Positions 54,524 to 62,558 of a stretch of DNA of 64,000 nt are shown piece after piece. Both the position numbers and the translations under genes were made by a program. Source of the stretch: Gammaproteobacteria bacterium (GTDB lineage Bacteria; Pseudomonadota; Gammaproteobacteria; UBA4575); assembly GCA_965205275.1 (NCBI GenBank), contig OZ242168.1, forward strand, positions 1,143,276-1,207,275, in the 5' to 3' direction. The notes under the pieces were generated by a model that was given only the letters and a program-made list of their open reading frames with translations, searched no databases and was not told the DNA's origin. Each line of letters opens with the position of its first letter. Positions within the stretch are counted from its first letter, which is position 1.

Positions 54524-54783
54524 TTTCGACGCGTGATGTCCTGCAACATCGCCTTGTCCAGACTTAAATCCGCCACCAGCTTCTTCAGACGCTCGTTCTC
54601 CTCCCGCAACTGCTTGAGCTCCCTCACCTGGTCCGGCTCAAGCCCGCCGTAATCCTTCTTCCAGCGGTAAAAGGTCGCTTCCGAAATCCCCAACTTGCGG
54701 CAAATACCCCCTATCGATGTACCGCCTTCTTGCGCCTTGACCGCGGCCACAATCTGCTCAACTGAATAACGCTTGCGTGCCAT
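54517..54783 (-). CDS. IS3-family transposase OrfA (helix-turn-helix)
   Basis: 88 aa; MARKRYSVEQIVAAVKAQEGGTSIGGICRKLGISEATFYRWKKDY... plus a leucine-zipper-like tail; overlaps orfB by 7 nt. Confidence 0.85.
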   Translation of the reverse strand: MARKRYSVEQIVAAVKAQEGGTSIGGICRKLGISEATFYRWKKDYGGLEPDQVRELKQLREENERLKKLVADLSLDKAMLQDITRRKW

Positions 54784-54851
54784 GATGCCTCCTCCCCATT
54801 CCAGGAATCAATCATGCCAGTTTTTCGCACTCGCTCTGGACTAAATTATAG

Positions 54852-54884
54852 GGTGAACACCAGGTGAACACCAGGTGAACACCA
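54852..54884. repeat. 3 copies of an 11-bp tandem repeat (ggtgaacacca) abutting the IS3 right end
   Basis: Perfect triplication is directly visible, 8 bp outside the IS3 right inverted repeat. Confidence 0.9.
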
Positions 54885-54944
54885 AAATTATTGTTTTCCT
54901 TTATGAGGACATTGATGCTTCGACATTTCTTCAAATTCTGCAAG

Positions 54945-55199
54945 TTACTCGTCCGTGAGTATCTCTTTGAGTTGAGCGTGTGCTTTGGCACGCTGCGCTT
55001 GATGGAAGCTTTTCATCTGTTCACGCCTGGCCTTCATGATTTCTCGAAATTGCGCTTCCTGCTCAGTAGTGAGTTGAAGTTTTTCGACTACACGATCCAT
55101 GTGTCCACCATGCCCAGCTGATACAGAGGCCGCTCCTGCACCAAGTACAATTGCTATAAGTAAACTCAGTATTAATTTTTTCATGAAGTTGTTCTTCAA
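54945..55199 (-). CDS. Periplasmic LTXXQ-motif protein (Spy/CpxP/ZraP family)
   Basis: 84 aa; signal peptide MKKLILSLLIAIVLGAGAASVSA, then LQLTTEQEAQF, an LTXXQ motif, in a helical charged body. Confidence 0.55.
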   Translation of the reverse strand: MKNNFMKKLILSLLIAIVLGAGAASVSAGHGGHMDRVVEKLQLTTEQEAQFREIMKARREQMKSFHQAQRAKAHAQLKEILTDE

Positions 55200-55741
55200 T
55201 TTAATACTTAACTGTAATCACTAACCCATTTGATGAGCTAATTTGTCTCTTAAATCAGGTAACACTTGGTCCAAGAGGTTTTGATGACGTACAGTCTGCA
55301 GCATGAATTTAAAAACCATACTATGTTTTGTCAGCATCTCCTTAGCATTTACAGGACTGCCTGGTATGTTTGAAGATCTTTAAACATAGAGGACAGTATG
55401 GTTGGAAGACTGGGAGCAGAATTTCATATTAGTTGGAATATGGATTGGATTATTTGCTTACAGCATGTCTGGTCTATGAGGTTGAGTTTTCTTGCCAGAG
55501 AAGAATACAAAAGCACCCCGAAAAGCCAAAAGCTGGAATATTGGGAACATAGTCAAGGAGTTTATCCAAGAAATTAATGACACTCTTAAGGTAATAATCA
55601 AATGGTATACTGGTTTAGCGGAATCAAAAGAACCTTTGCAAATTATGTTTTTCATCATGACCCTGCCTGTAGTTTTTTCATATTTATGCTGCTCGCAATG
55701 AGCCCTTTTCTCTTGTTTCTGTTCTGGATTGGAATCTGACA

Positions 55742-55960
55742 ATGAAATTTTGGTTTTATATGTTCTTAATAGGTAGCGCATTTTTCGCTTCACTAGGATC
55801 GATGGCAGTCCTGCTAACTCTATTGCCATCCATAGGGATAACTTCAGTGTCCGATGGGATTCAGGCAAGCTTATTATTCGGCGTAATTGGCGGTGCGATA
55901 GTATGGACGGGAAGCGTAATAATTCTAGCGATTAGGGATTATTTAAGCAGGAGGAGATAA
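55742..55960 (+). CDS. Putative small two-helix membrane protein
   Basis: 72 aa with two strongly hydrophobic segments (MFLIGSAFFASLGSMAVLLTLL and LLFGVIGGAIVWTGSVIILAI). An upstream 69-aa ORF (55492-55701) may be co-transcribed. No homology recognised. Confidence 0.25.
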   Translation: MKFWFYMFLIGSAFFASLGSMAVLLTLLPSIGITSVSDGIQASLLFGVIGGAIVWTGSVIILAIRDYLSRRR

Positions 55961-56391
55961 AAGCCGCCAATATCCATAGGTAAATACATATGCCTTGAAG
56001 AGGCACGGCAAAAGGTCAAGCTGGAACGCTTTGCCAAGGAACACCCGTCCGAAGCGGACGAGGTTCGGGCGGGCCTCCTTGGTACTGATGCTCGCGGCAT
56101 ACTCGTTCCCTTTGAAAGGTTCAGGACTCAACCACCGATCAGGGATTTACTGTGCATTTTCCAAATCCTGCAATTCTTTTCCAATTTCAGAAAGACGTTA
56201 AAGACTTGCTATTTTGCAAATCCTCCAAGCGTGCCAAATAAAAAACCAAAGTTTAGTCAAGTATATTTTAACTAACGATTGAGAACTTCTAACCAGATGG
56301 TGTTCACCCCAACAGCCAAGCCAAACTTTATGTGAAGTTCTGACTTAATCGGCCCTGTTTTTCTGCCTGCTTGCGGTGGATGTAGATACGA

Positions 56392-57024
56392 TTACTCCCT
56401 GTACTCGATCAGGTAAATAGCCAAACCCAAGCCGATCAGGGCTATTTCAATCGCACTTATGCATAGCAGCATAAACGTAATCCTTCTGGCAGCAGGCTTC
56501 ATAGGTTGCCATACTTGCTGTTTGTAATAACGCCAAGGGCTGAACCATGCCCATCGCTGCCACTGCAGCAGGTAGTGTTGAAGCTCCTCTGCCCATTTTG
56601 TCAGGCTTCTATCAACCTCGTGCAACCGGTGGAGGCGCTCAGGCCTGGACACACCTTCGTATTTTTCTTCAATGACAAGTGTTGAACCTCCTGGCAAGGC
56701 TCCAACTGAGAAACGTGTACTGGACTTCAGGCCTTGGGCATAGCGAATTTCAAGACCATCCGAGACGGGTTGTACGGTCACCTCGGTATCGATCTCGAAT
56801 GCAGGAGTTTGGCTGTAATTAACAGCATGCAGGCGGTATTGCCAGTCAGTAATTCTTTCCCATCTTTTGAACACCAGATAAGGATTGATACGGAATAAAC
56901 GCTCTACATCTTGGCAAAATTCCAGTAAGGCAACCTGGTCCAGGGGGGTCCTGAATTCCACCCAGGCCTTGTCTTCATGAACCCGCTCCCGGTCATCGTC
57001 AGCCACGGGGATGGGGCACGACAA
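56392..57024 (-). CDS. Hypothetical protein with a C-terminal membrane anchor
   Basis: 210 aa; soluble N-terminal region, Trp-rich segment (WQRWAWFSPWRYY), then a transmembrane helix FMLLCISAIEIALIGLGLAIYLI. Overlaps the USP gene by 26 bp. Confidence 0.4.
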   Translation of the reverse strand: MSCPIPVADDDRERVHEDKAWVEFRTPLDQVALLEFCQDVERLFRINPYLVFKRWERITDWQYRLHAVNYSQTPAFEIDTEVTVQPVSDGLEIRYAQGLKSSTRFSVGALPGGSTLVIEEKYEGVSRPERLHRLHEVDRSLTKWAEELQHYLLQWQRWAWFSPWRYYKQQVWQPMKPAARRITFMLLCISAIEIALIGLGLAIYLIEYRE

Positions 57025-57457
57025 GTTGCGGAGTTTTTAATTGACGAACGACATGCCGGGTTGCCATGCGCGAGCGCAAACCAGAAAACCCCCTTGGCCG
57101 GGGCGAGCCCATTACAACCAAATCAAATGCCGATTGTTCGCAAGCATCTACCAGGCATCGGTCTGGCCTGCCCAAGACGACCTCATGGGTCGTGTCTGCA
57201 CCCGACTTCACCAGCCGATCCTGCACCCGCTGGATATGTCCGTATGCCTCGTCACTCAATTCCGTTTCAAGATAGTGCTCGAACCGCTTGCGTGTCGAAA
57301 TGTTATTGAGCCAGTCATCCCCCAGCATGTCTTTCCAGAATTCAGGCACTACCAGCAGGTGAGTGACGTGGACACCTTTTGTACACATGTCCAACACTTT
57401 TTTCTCCGCTGCTTGTGCCCCTTCGGTTCCATGGCTGGCAAGCAAGATATGTTTCAT
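56999..57457 (-). CDS. Universal stress protein (UspA family)
   Basis: 152 aa; MKHILLASHGTEGAQ...HLLVVPE...DLVVMGS is the USP/adenine-nucleotide alpha-hydrolase pattern. Confidence 0.75.
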   Translation of the reverse strand: MKHILLASHGTEGAQAAEKKVLDMCTKGVHVTHLLVVPEFWKDMLGDDWLNNISTRKRFEHYLETELSDEAYGHIQRVQDRLVKSGADTTHEVVLGRPDRCLVDACEQSAFDLVVMGSPRPRGFSGLRSRMATRHVVRQLKTPQLVVPHPRG

Positions 57458-57489
57458 GACTGGCCGGCCAAAGTACGAAAGAATTCGAA

Positions 57490-57624
57490 CTAGTAGGCAA
57501 GGTATACAAAAAGGGTGATCACCAAGGCAAGGATCAGCGCCATGAAATCTTCTCTTCGATCACTATTAAAGATAGATAACGGTGTTCCACGATCAAATTC
57601 ATTTTCATTTTCATTTTCGCTCAT
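57490..57624 (-). CDS. Small ORF (44 aa): acidic N-terminus plus one transmembrane helix, co-transcribed downstream of the YeiH-like gene
   Basis: MSENENENEFDRGTPLSIFNSDRREDFMALILALVITLFVYLAY; AGGAG SD 6 nt upstream; starts 24 nt after the stop of the 526-aa gene. Not in the ORF track. Confidence 0.35.
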   Translation of the reverse strand: MSENENENEFDRGTPLSIFNSDRREDFMALILALVITLFVYLAY

Positions 57625-57648
57625 GAGGGCTCCTGAATGATTTTTCAC

Positions 57649-59229
57649 CTAGATGGTTTCCGAAATGAACAGTATGACGACGACAAGTGACAAGACGGCC
57701 TTGATCGATCCTACAATGCCACCGATCATGGCAGGCTGTCCGCCCGCCTGGCGCATTGACGATACCGTGATTTGCATACCAAGCCCGACCAGGCCGAAGG
57801 CGAACAGCCAGGTGATCCAATTGCGAAAGGCTTTTATTTTTTTTGCAGTGTGGCGTACGGCCTTGTGCGCTTTCTTGAGAATGCTGTTGGCCTCCTTTGA
57901 AACCACTCTCGCATTTACGATGCCGCGTAAAACATCGTCATCCTCGATGTTCATTACCTTGCCGTTGTCGATGAGTCGCTGTAAGGCCTGTTTTCGATCT
58001 TGTCTTTGCACCTTGGTGAATTCCTCTTTCAGCCGTGCTGCTTGATCGAACGTCAGCAGATTTTCCACTTTAAAACCCGATGCAGCCGTGTTTCCGAAAT
58101 ACTTGCCTTTGTAGTGATTGGCTGGAGCAAAGACACCTGTAGTCGACAATGCAAATAACAGGATAAAGCCCAAGACAAAGATTGGAAATTTCTCGAAGAT
58201 CACTTTGCCAACATTCACTTGCGTGGATACCCGATCTTCGCGTTTGACATACCAAACAGCAAGCCATAAAACGATGATGGGTAGAACCAGCACCCGGGTG
58301 ATGTTGAAGATCTCTGCTACCTTGAGTGTTTCGATACCGTCTGGCTGATAGGCAAGTGCCGCTCCTGCGACCTGAGCAGAATTCAAGATGCCCGTGCCTG
58401 CCCAGGCACCAAATTGCACATGCGACATATCGAGTAGATGACCTACAATAGGAAAGACGAACATACAGCCCACACCCCATAGCAAAATGGTACCGATGGT
58501 GTAGGCAATCTCTACCGACTTCGCTTGCACGACGGGGGCCGCCGCCACCGTAGCTGAAACACCGCAGACGCCCAGGCCCGCAGACAGCACTCCGCCCATG
58601 GAATTGGGGATTTTCATGCGTGCACCCAGCCACAATACGAGCCCGACCGAACCCAGAACGAAAAAGCCAATCATGACTATGGACAGGCCGCCTAGATTTT
58701 TTAATTCTGCAGCACTATATAGCGTACCGAGCAGGATAACGCCTGTCTTCAAACCAAGGCGCGAAAGCCGCACTCCGTTTTCAGCCCAACCAGGGACCCT
58801 GAAGACATTGACTATGATTATTCCGGTTACTATACCCAGCACAACATAGTTCAGTCCCAGTATGGTGTGCAGATATTTGCCGGTATTGCCGATCTTACCA
58901 AACGATTCACTGATGGCAGCAATTTCGGGAGCCAGAAACCAGCGCACCAGCATCGTGATCAGCAATATAAACATGGCCCCTGCGGCAGTAGACAGGTAAT
59001 AATCAAAACTGCCCTTTTTATGCGTTCCAAACCATTGCCAGGCACCCAGTACGACCGAAAATATCCCAAAGTACAAGGGAACCGTGACAATCTCATCAGC
59101 ATACTTGTATCGAGTACCGCCCAGGTGCCCGATATAGCTTGATAGAATGCCAGCCTCAACCAAATACCAAATGGCCAGCATGATGAGACCCATCATGAAC
59201 AGCGCAGGTGATTTTCGGGTATAGATCAT
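57649..59229 (-). CDS. UPF0324/YeiH-family polytopic inner-membrane protein carrying an extra soluble insertion of about 100 aa
   Basis: 526 aa; GVCGVSATVAAAPVVQAKSVEIAYTIGTILLWGVGCMFVFPIV resembles the E. coli YeiH core (SICGAAAVLATEPVVKAESSKV...). A charged hydrophilic segment (residues about 385-480) precedes the last transmembrane helices. Confidence 0.5.
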   Translation of the reverse strand: MIYTRKSPALFMMGLIMLAIWYLVEAGILSSYIGHLGGTRYKYADEIVTVPLYFGIFSVVLGAWQWFGTHKKGSFDYYLSTAAGAMFILLITMLVRWFLAPEIAAISESFGKIGNTGKYLHTILGLNYVVLGIVTGIIIVNVFRVPGWAENGVRLSRLGLKTGVILLGTLYSAAELKNLGGLSIVMIGFFVLGSVGLVLWLGARMKIPNSMGGVLSAGLGVCGVSATVAAAPVVQAKSVEIAYTIGTILLWGVGCMFVFPIVGHLLDMSHVQFGAWAGTGILNSAQVAGAALAYQPDGIETLKVAEIFNITRVLVLPIIVLWLAVWYVKREDRVSTQVNVGKVIFEKFPIFVLGFILLFALSTTGVFAPANHYKGKYFGNTAASGFKVENLLTFDQAARLKEEFTKVQRQDRKQALQRLIDNGKVMNIEDDDVLRGIVNARVVSKEANSILKKAHKAVRHTAKKIKAFRNWITWLFAFGLVGLGMQITVSSMRQAGGQPAMIGGIVGSIKAVLSLVVVILFISETI

Positions 59230-59558
59230 TGAGCGCCTGCCTTTTTCGAGTCTTTACCGGGTGATGAAACCTCGCGGCGAATGGTTGCGATGTGAAACCA
59301 ATGCCGTAATTCGCCTATGCCGACATCTGTTTATAAACTCTACCAATGCTGGTCAAAAACAACAAGTTATGGCTCGCAAGGTCAGTGTTTCACTTTGAAA
59401 TTCAACAGAAGTTTATTCCAATCTAAATCATCAACCCCATGGTCATTGCAGAGAAACTCCGCGTCGGACCTTCTGCCAGGTACAAAGCTCTGCAACGTTT
59501 TCCTGCATAAGGCAGCCATGTCACAACACTTCAGGCGGACACCAAGGCATCATTATTT

Positions 59559-60442
59559 TGCTCGCAGTGAGGTCACATACCTGGCCAGATAATCCCTAAA
59601 GGCTTTACCGATAAACGGGTGCTCAGCAGCAAGCTCAACAGTTGCCTCCAGATAACCCAGCTTGCTTCCGCAATCCTAACGTTTACCTTTGATCTGGTAC
59701 GCAAGTACTTTCTCCAATTGGACCTGGGTCGATAGTGCATCGGTTAGCTGAATCTCACCAGCCGCCCCGGACCGGGTACTTTTCAAAAGCCCAAATATAG
59801 ATGATTCCAGAATATATCGGCCCGCTATAACTACATTAGAAGGTGCATCATCTGGATTGGGCTTTTCAACAAATGAATCCACTTCCCACAAGCCATCCCG
59901 AACACGGGTACCGGAATTAACACCATGACTTTTAACCTCTTCCCTCTGCACTTCCTGCACCCCTACTACACCTGCAATGGTTCTCATCATAACCGTTTAC
60001 CATTTGTGCCAGACATCCCTGCTGCTCATGACAAAACAGGGCATTTGCCAAAATTACTGCAAAAGGATCTTTCCCAACCACAGGCTCTGCACATAACGCA
60101 GCATGGCCCAGACCCAATGGCTCGGCCTGACGAATATAAATACAGTTCACATGAGCGGGTATCACGTTTTGAACAAGCTCAAGCATTTCAAACTTCTGTT
60201 TCGCCTTAAGCTCTGACTCCAGTTCCGCAAGCCTTGTCAAAATGATCTTCTATGAAACGTTTATTACGACCCGTGATAAAGATCAGCGTATCCATCCCTG
60301 CCGAGATGGCTTCTTCGGCAGCATACTGTATTAATGGTTTATCTATGATGGGTAACATTTCCTTTGAATTGGCCTTGGTTGCCGGAAGGAAACGGGTACC
60401 CATCCCTGCGATGGGAAATACTGCTTTGCGTACCTTTGCCAT
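59559..60442 (-). pseudogene. galU: UTP--glucose-1-phosphate uridylyltransferase gene disrupted by at least two frameshifts and an in-frame stop
   Basis: Three consecutive minus-strand ORFs (60442-60206, 60240-59932, 59990-59676) carry GalU N-terminal ([18 protein letters not shown]...[13 protein letters not shown]), middle ([14 protein letters not shown]) and C-terminal (VEKPNPDDAPSNVVIAGRYIL...EIQLTDAL) segments in different frames. After KGKR, a TAG stop precedes the in-frame continuation DCGSKLGYLEATVELAAEHP... Confidence 0.7.
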
Positions 60443-60719
60443 AAATGCCTTGATGAATTTTCCTGGAAATTGAAATTATACCAGCAGACTTGCATCTTGC
60501 CTGCTCAGGATGTCCGAACCGTTCCGTGAACCAGGCCCTGATTTCAGTAGTATCCCTTAAATTTTTTCTATTTGAACCAGCCTGCAAGGCATTGGTCTGT
60601 TGCCAAAAACGAACCCTCAGCCCAGGTAAGGTCGCCCTGCGACAACATAATCGGCTCCATGGTGGCAGACCCTGAACGGCTTTGCAGTTCTGTTTTGATC
60701 ATGCTTTTTTACCTGCCTG

Positions 60720-61877
60720 TTAATCCAGACTTGGTACCACCGGGATAACGGTGCCCCAGTAATGACAACTTGGGCACTGCCAATAGAGCCTTTTGCCATG
60801 GAACCCGCATTGCTTACACTGGTGAGAGCTGTGTCCACAAATAAAGTTTTCAACGCTTGTCTGAATTTTGTCTACACTCGATTTGCCAAGAGATTCTTTC
60901 TGCAACTGCAGATTCTTTAAAAATGCATTAATCTCCAAAAGTGATAATTCCGGTTTTTTCAGCAACAATTCCAGAATTTCATTTTTTTCTGCATCGTTAT
61001 CAGCCAACTCCGTTAACAGGGCAGACAGTAAAATTCCACTTAATTTCGAATCCTTGATTTTAAACAAAAACTGTCTGAATCCTTCATAGTCGTTTTGCTG
61101 CAAAAATGCTTCACGCAATTTTATAAATATTTCTGGCAGATACTCCGGGTTCTGTTTTGACACGCTGATGTAATGCCTGACAGCAACCCTGTAATTCTTC
61201 TCATGCATGGCATAATTTCCGAGCAGCACACTTGCCCGCGCACAATTTTTATCATAAGAAAGTGCCTTTTTAGCCAGCTTTTTAGCGGCAGTACCCTCAT
61301 CCGCGTGTTTATGAAATTCGAGTTCACTCAGCTCACAATAGTAATGAGCTACAGTCTGACTCATATCAACATCGCCTACTTTTCCCAGCTCTTTTGCAGT
61401 TTCAATGGCCTTTTGCCACTCCTTTTCCTGCTCATAAAGGCTCAGTAACAAGGGGTAGGCCTCACCTGCCTGCAATCCAATCCCGATAACGTCTGCAAAC
61501 AATGACTCGGCACGGTCCAGCAGGCCAGCTTTAAGATAGTCTTTTGCAAGTTCCAACAGTGCAGTCGATCGATGGGCTGATCCCAGAACGGGGCGCGCGA
61601 TCAGATTCTGATGGATGCGGATGGCCCGGTCTACTTCGCCTCTGCGTCGAAACATATTGCCAAGCACCAGATGCGTTTCAACAGTCTCGGTATCCACATC
61701 AACCAGATCAATAAATACCTCCAGTGCCTTATCAGGTTGCTCATTCAGCAGATAGTTAAGACCTTTAAGGTATTCCCCAGGTATTTTTGGCTTTGATTTG
61801 GACTGATAGAAAATATATGCAAGGTACCAGCCAGCAACCCCTGCCAATAGCAGCAGCAACCAGTACACTTCAGGCAT
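60720..61877 (-). CDS. lapB: Lipopolysaccharide assembly protein B (TPR repeats plus rubredoxin-like zinc finger)
   Basis: 385 aa; N-terminal transmembrane helix, TPR repeats, C-terminal CGHSSHQCKQCGF...WQCPSCHYWG metal-binding motif as in E. coli YciM/LapB. Confidence 0.85.
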   Translation of the reverse strand: MPEVYWLLLLLAGVAGWYLAYIFYQSKSKPKIPGEYLKGLNYLLNEQPDKALEVFIDLVDVDTETVETHLVLGNMFRRRGEVDRAIRIHQNLIARPVLGSAHRSTALLELAKDYLKAGLLDRAESLFADVIGIGLQAGEAYPLLLSLYEQEKEWQKAIETAKELGKVGDVDMSQTVAHYYCELSELEFHKHADEGTAAKKLAKKALSYDKNCARASVLLGNYAMHEKNYRVAVRHYISVSKQNPEYLPEIFIKLREAFLQQNDYEGFRQFLFKIKDSKLSGILLSALLTELADNDAEKNEILELLLKKPELSLLEINAFLKNLQLQKESLGKSSVDKIQTSVENFICGHSSHQCKQCGFHGKRLYWQCPSCHYWGTVIPVVPSLD

Positions 61878-62170
61878 CAGTGAGGACTCTTGATAGGCAA
61901 TTGCCGCAAATTAGCGATTTCCTGTTCGACAACCGCAACTTTTTTGGCCAGCGACTTGGCACGACTTTTATTCTTTACAACCAGGCCAGCACTAAACAGA
62001 ACTCCAACCAAAGCGCCTGTACCCAAACAGAACAACAGCGTTACACCAAGTGGCGCCTGCAAACTTTGTGTAAAAAAATGAATCGTGACAGGGTCGAGAT
62101 TTTCTAAAGTAAAAACAGATATGAGTATGGCGATGAAAATGAAAACCAGAAGGAATAAAAAACGAAGCAT
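61877..62170 (-). CDS. lapA: Lipopolysaccharide assembly protein A (YciS/DUF1049 family)
   Basis: 97 aa; two transmembrane helices plus a C-terminal coiled segment; immediately upstream of, and overlapping, lapB. Confidence 0.7.
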   Translation of the reverse strand: MLRFLFLLVFIFIAILISVFTLENLDPVTIHFFTQSLQAPLGVTLLFCLGTGALVGVLFSAGLVVKNKSRAKSLAKKVAVVEQEIANLRQLPIKSPH

Positions 62171-62215
62171 TGAATGGCAGCCTGCAAATAAAGCTCCCGT
62201 ACCCCAGCTATATTT

Positions 62216-62533
62216 TCAGTCGGCCAGGGACCGGTTCACGCGTTCGCGCAGCTCTTTCCCGGGCTTGAAATGCGGCACATGTTTCCCCGGCAAAGATACG
62301 GCATCCCCAGTCTTGGGGTTACGTCCAATTCGAGGTGGCCTGAAATGCAATGAGAAACTCCCAAACCCCCTGATTTCAATACGCTCGCCTTTTGCAAGCG
62401 AAGTACTCATTTGTTCAATAATACTTTTAATCGAAAGTTCAATATCTTTATATGCGAGATGGTTTTGCTTCGCTGCGATGTTTTCGATAAGCTCTGACTT
62501 TGTGATCATGCTTCTATGATCTTCAGCACTCAT
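62216..62533 (-). CDS. ihfB: Integration host factor subunit beta
   Basis: [18 protein letters not shown]...[31 protein letters not shown]...[13 protein letters not shown] is near-identical to E. coli IhfB. Start chosen at the ATG (MSAEDHRSM...) preceded by an AGGAGA SD. Confidence 0.9.
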   Translation of the reverse strand: MSAEDHRSMITKSELIENIAAKQNHLAYKDIELSIKSIIEQMSTSLAKGERIEIRGFGSFSLHFRPPRIGRNPKTGDAVSLPGKHVPHFKPGKELRERVNRSLAD

Positions 62534-62558
62534 GACACTCTCCTGGTGAGCCTTACTG

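Larger units (their letters stand above)
53614..54843 (-). mobile_element. IS3-family insertion sequence (about 1.23 kb) with orfA/orfB
   Basis: Overlapping orfA (88 aa, helix-turn-helix) and orfB (DDE integrase) arranged for a -1 frameshift. Imperfect terminal inverted repeats share the core AGTGCGAAAAA (53626-53636 and 54821-54831). Boundaries are good to about 10 bp. Confidence 0.65.

Noticed and set aside
55943-56131. 62-aa minus-strand ORF in a locally GC-richer patch; possibly a remnant of a mobile-element gene.
   Set aside because: There is no recognisable motif, start context or partner gene, so the evidence is insufficient to call it.
60339-60853. Minus-strand ORFs 60339-60587 and 60617-60853.
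   Set aside because: They are alternative frames overlapping the galU remnant and the lapB 3' end respectively, with no supporting features.
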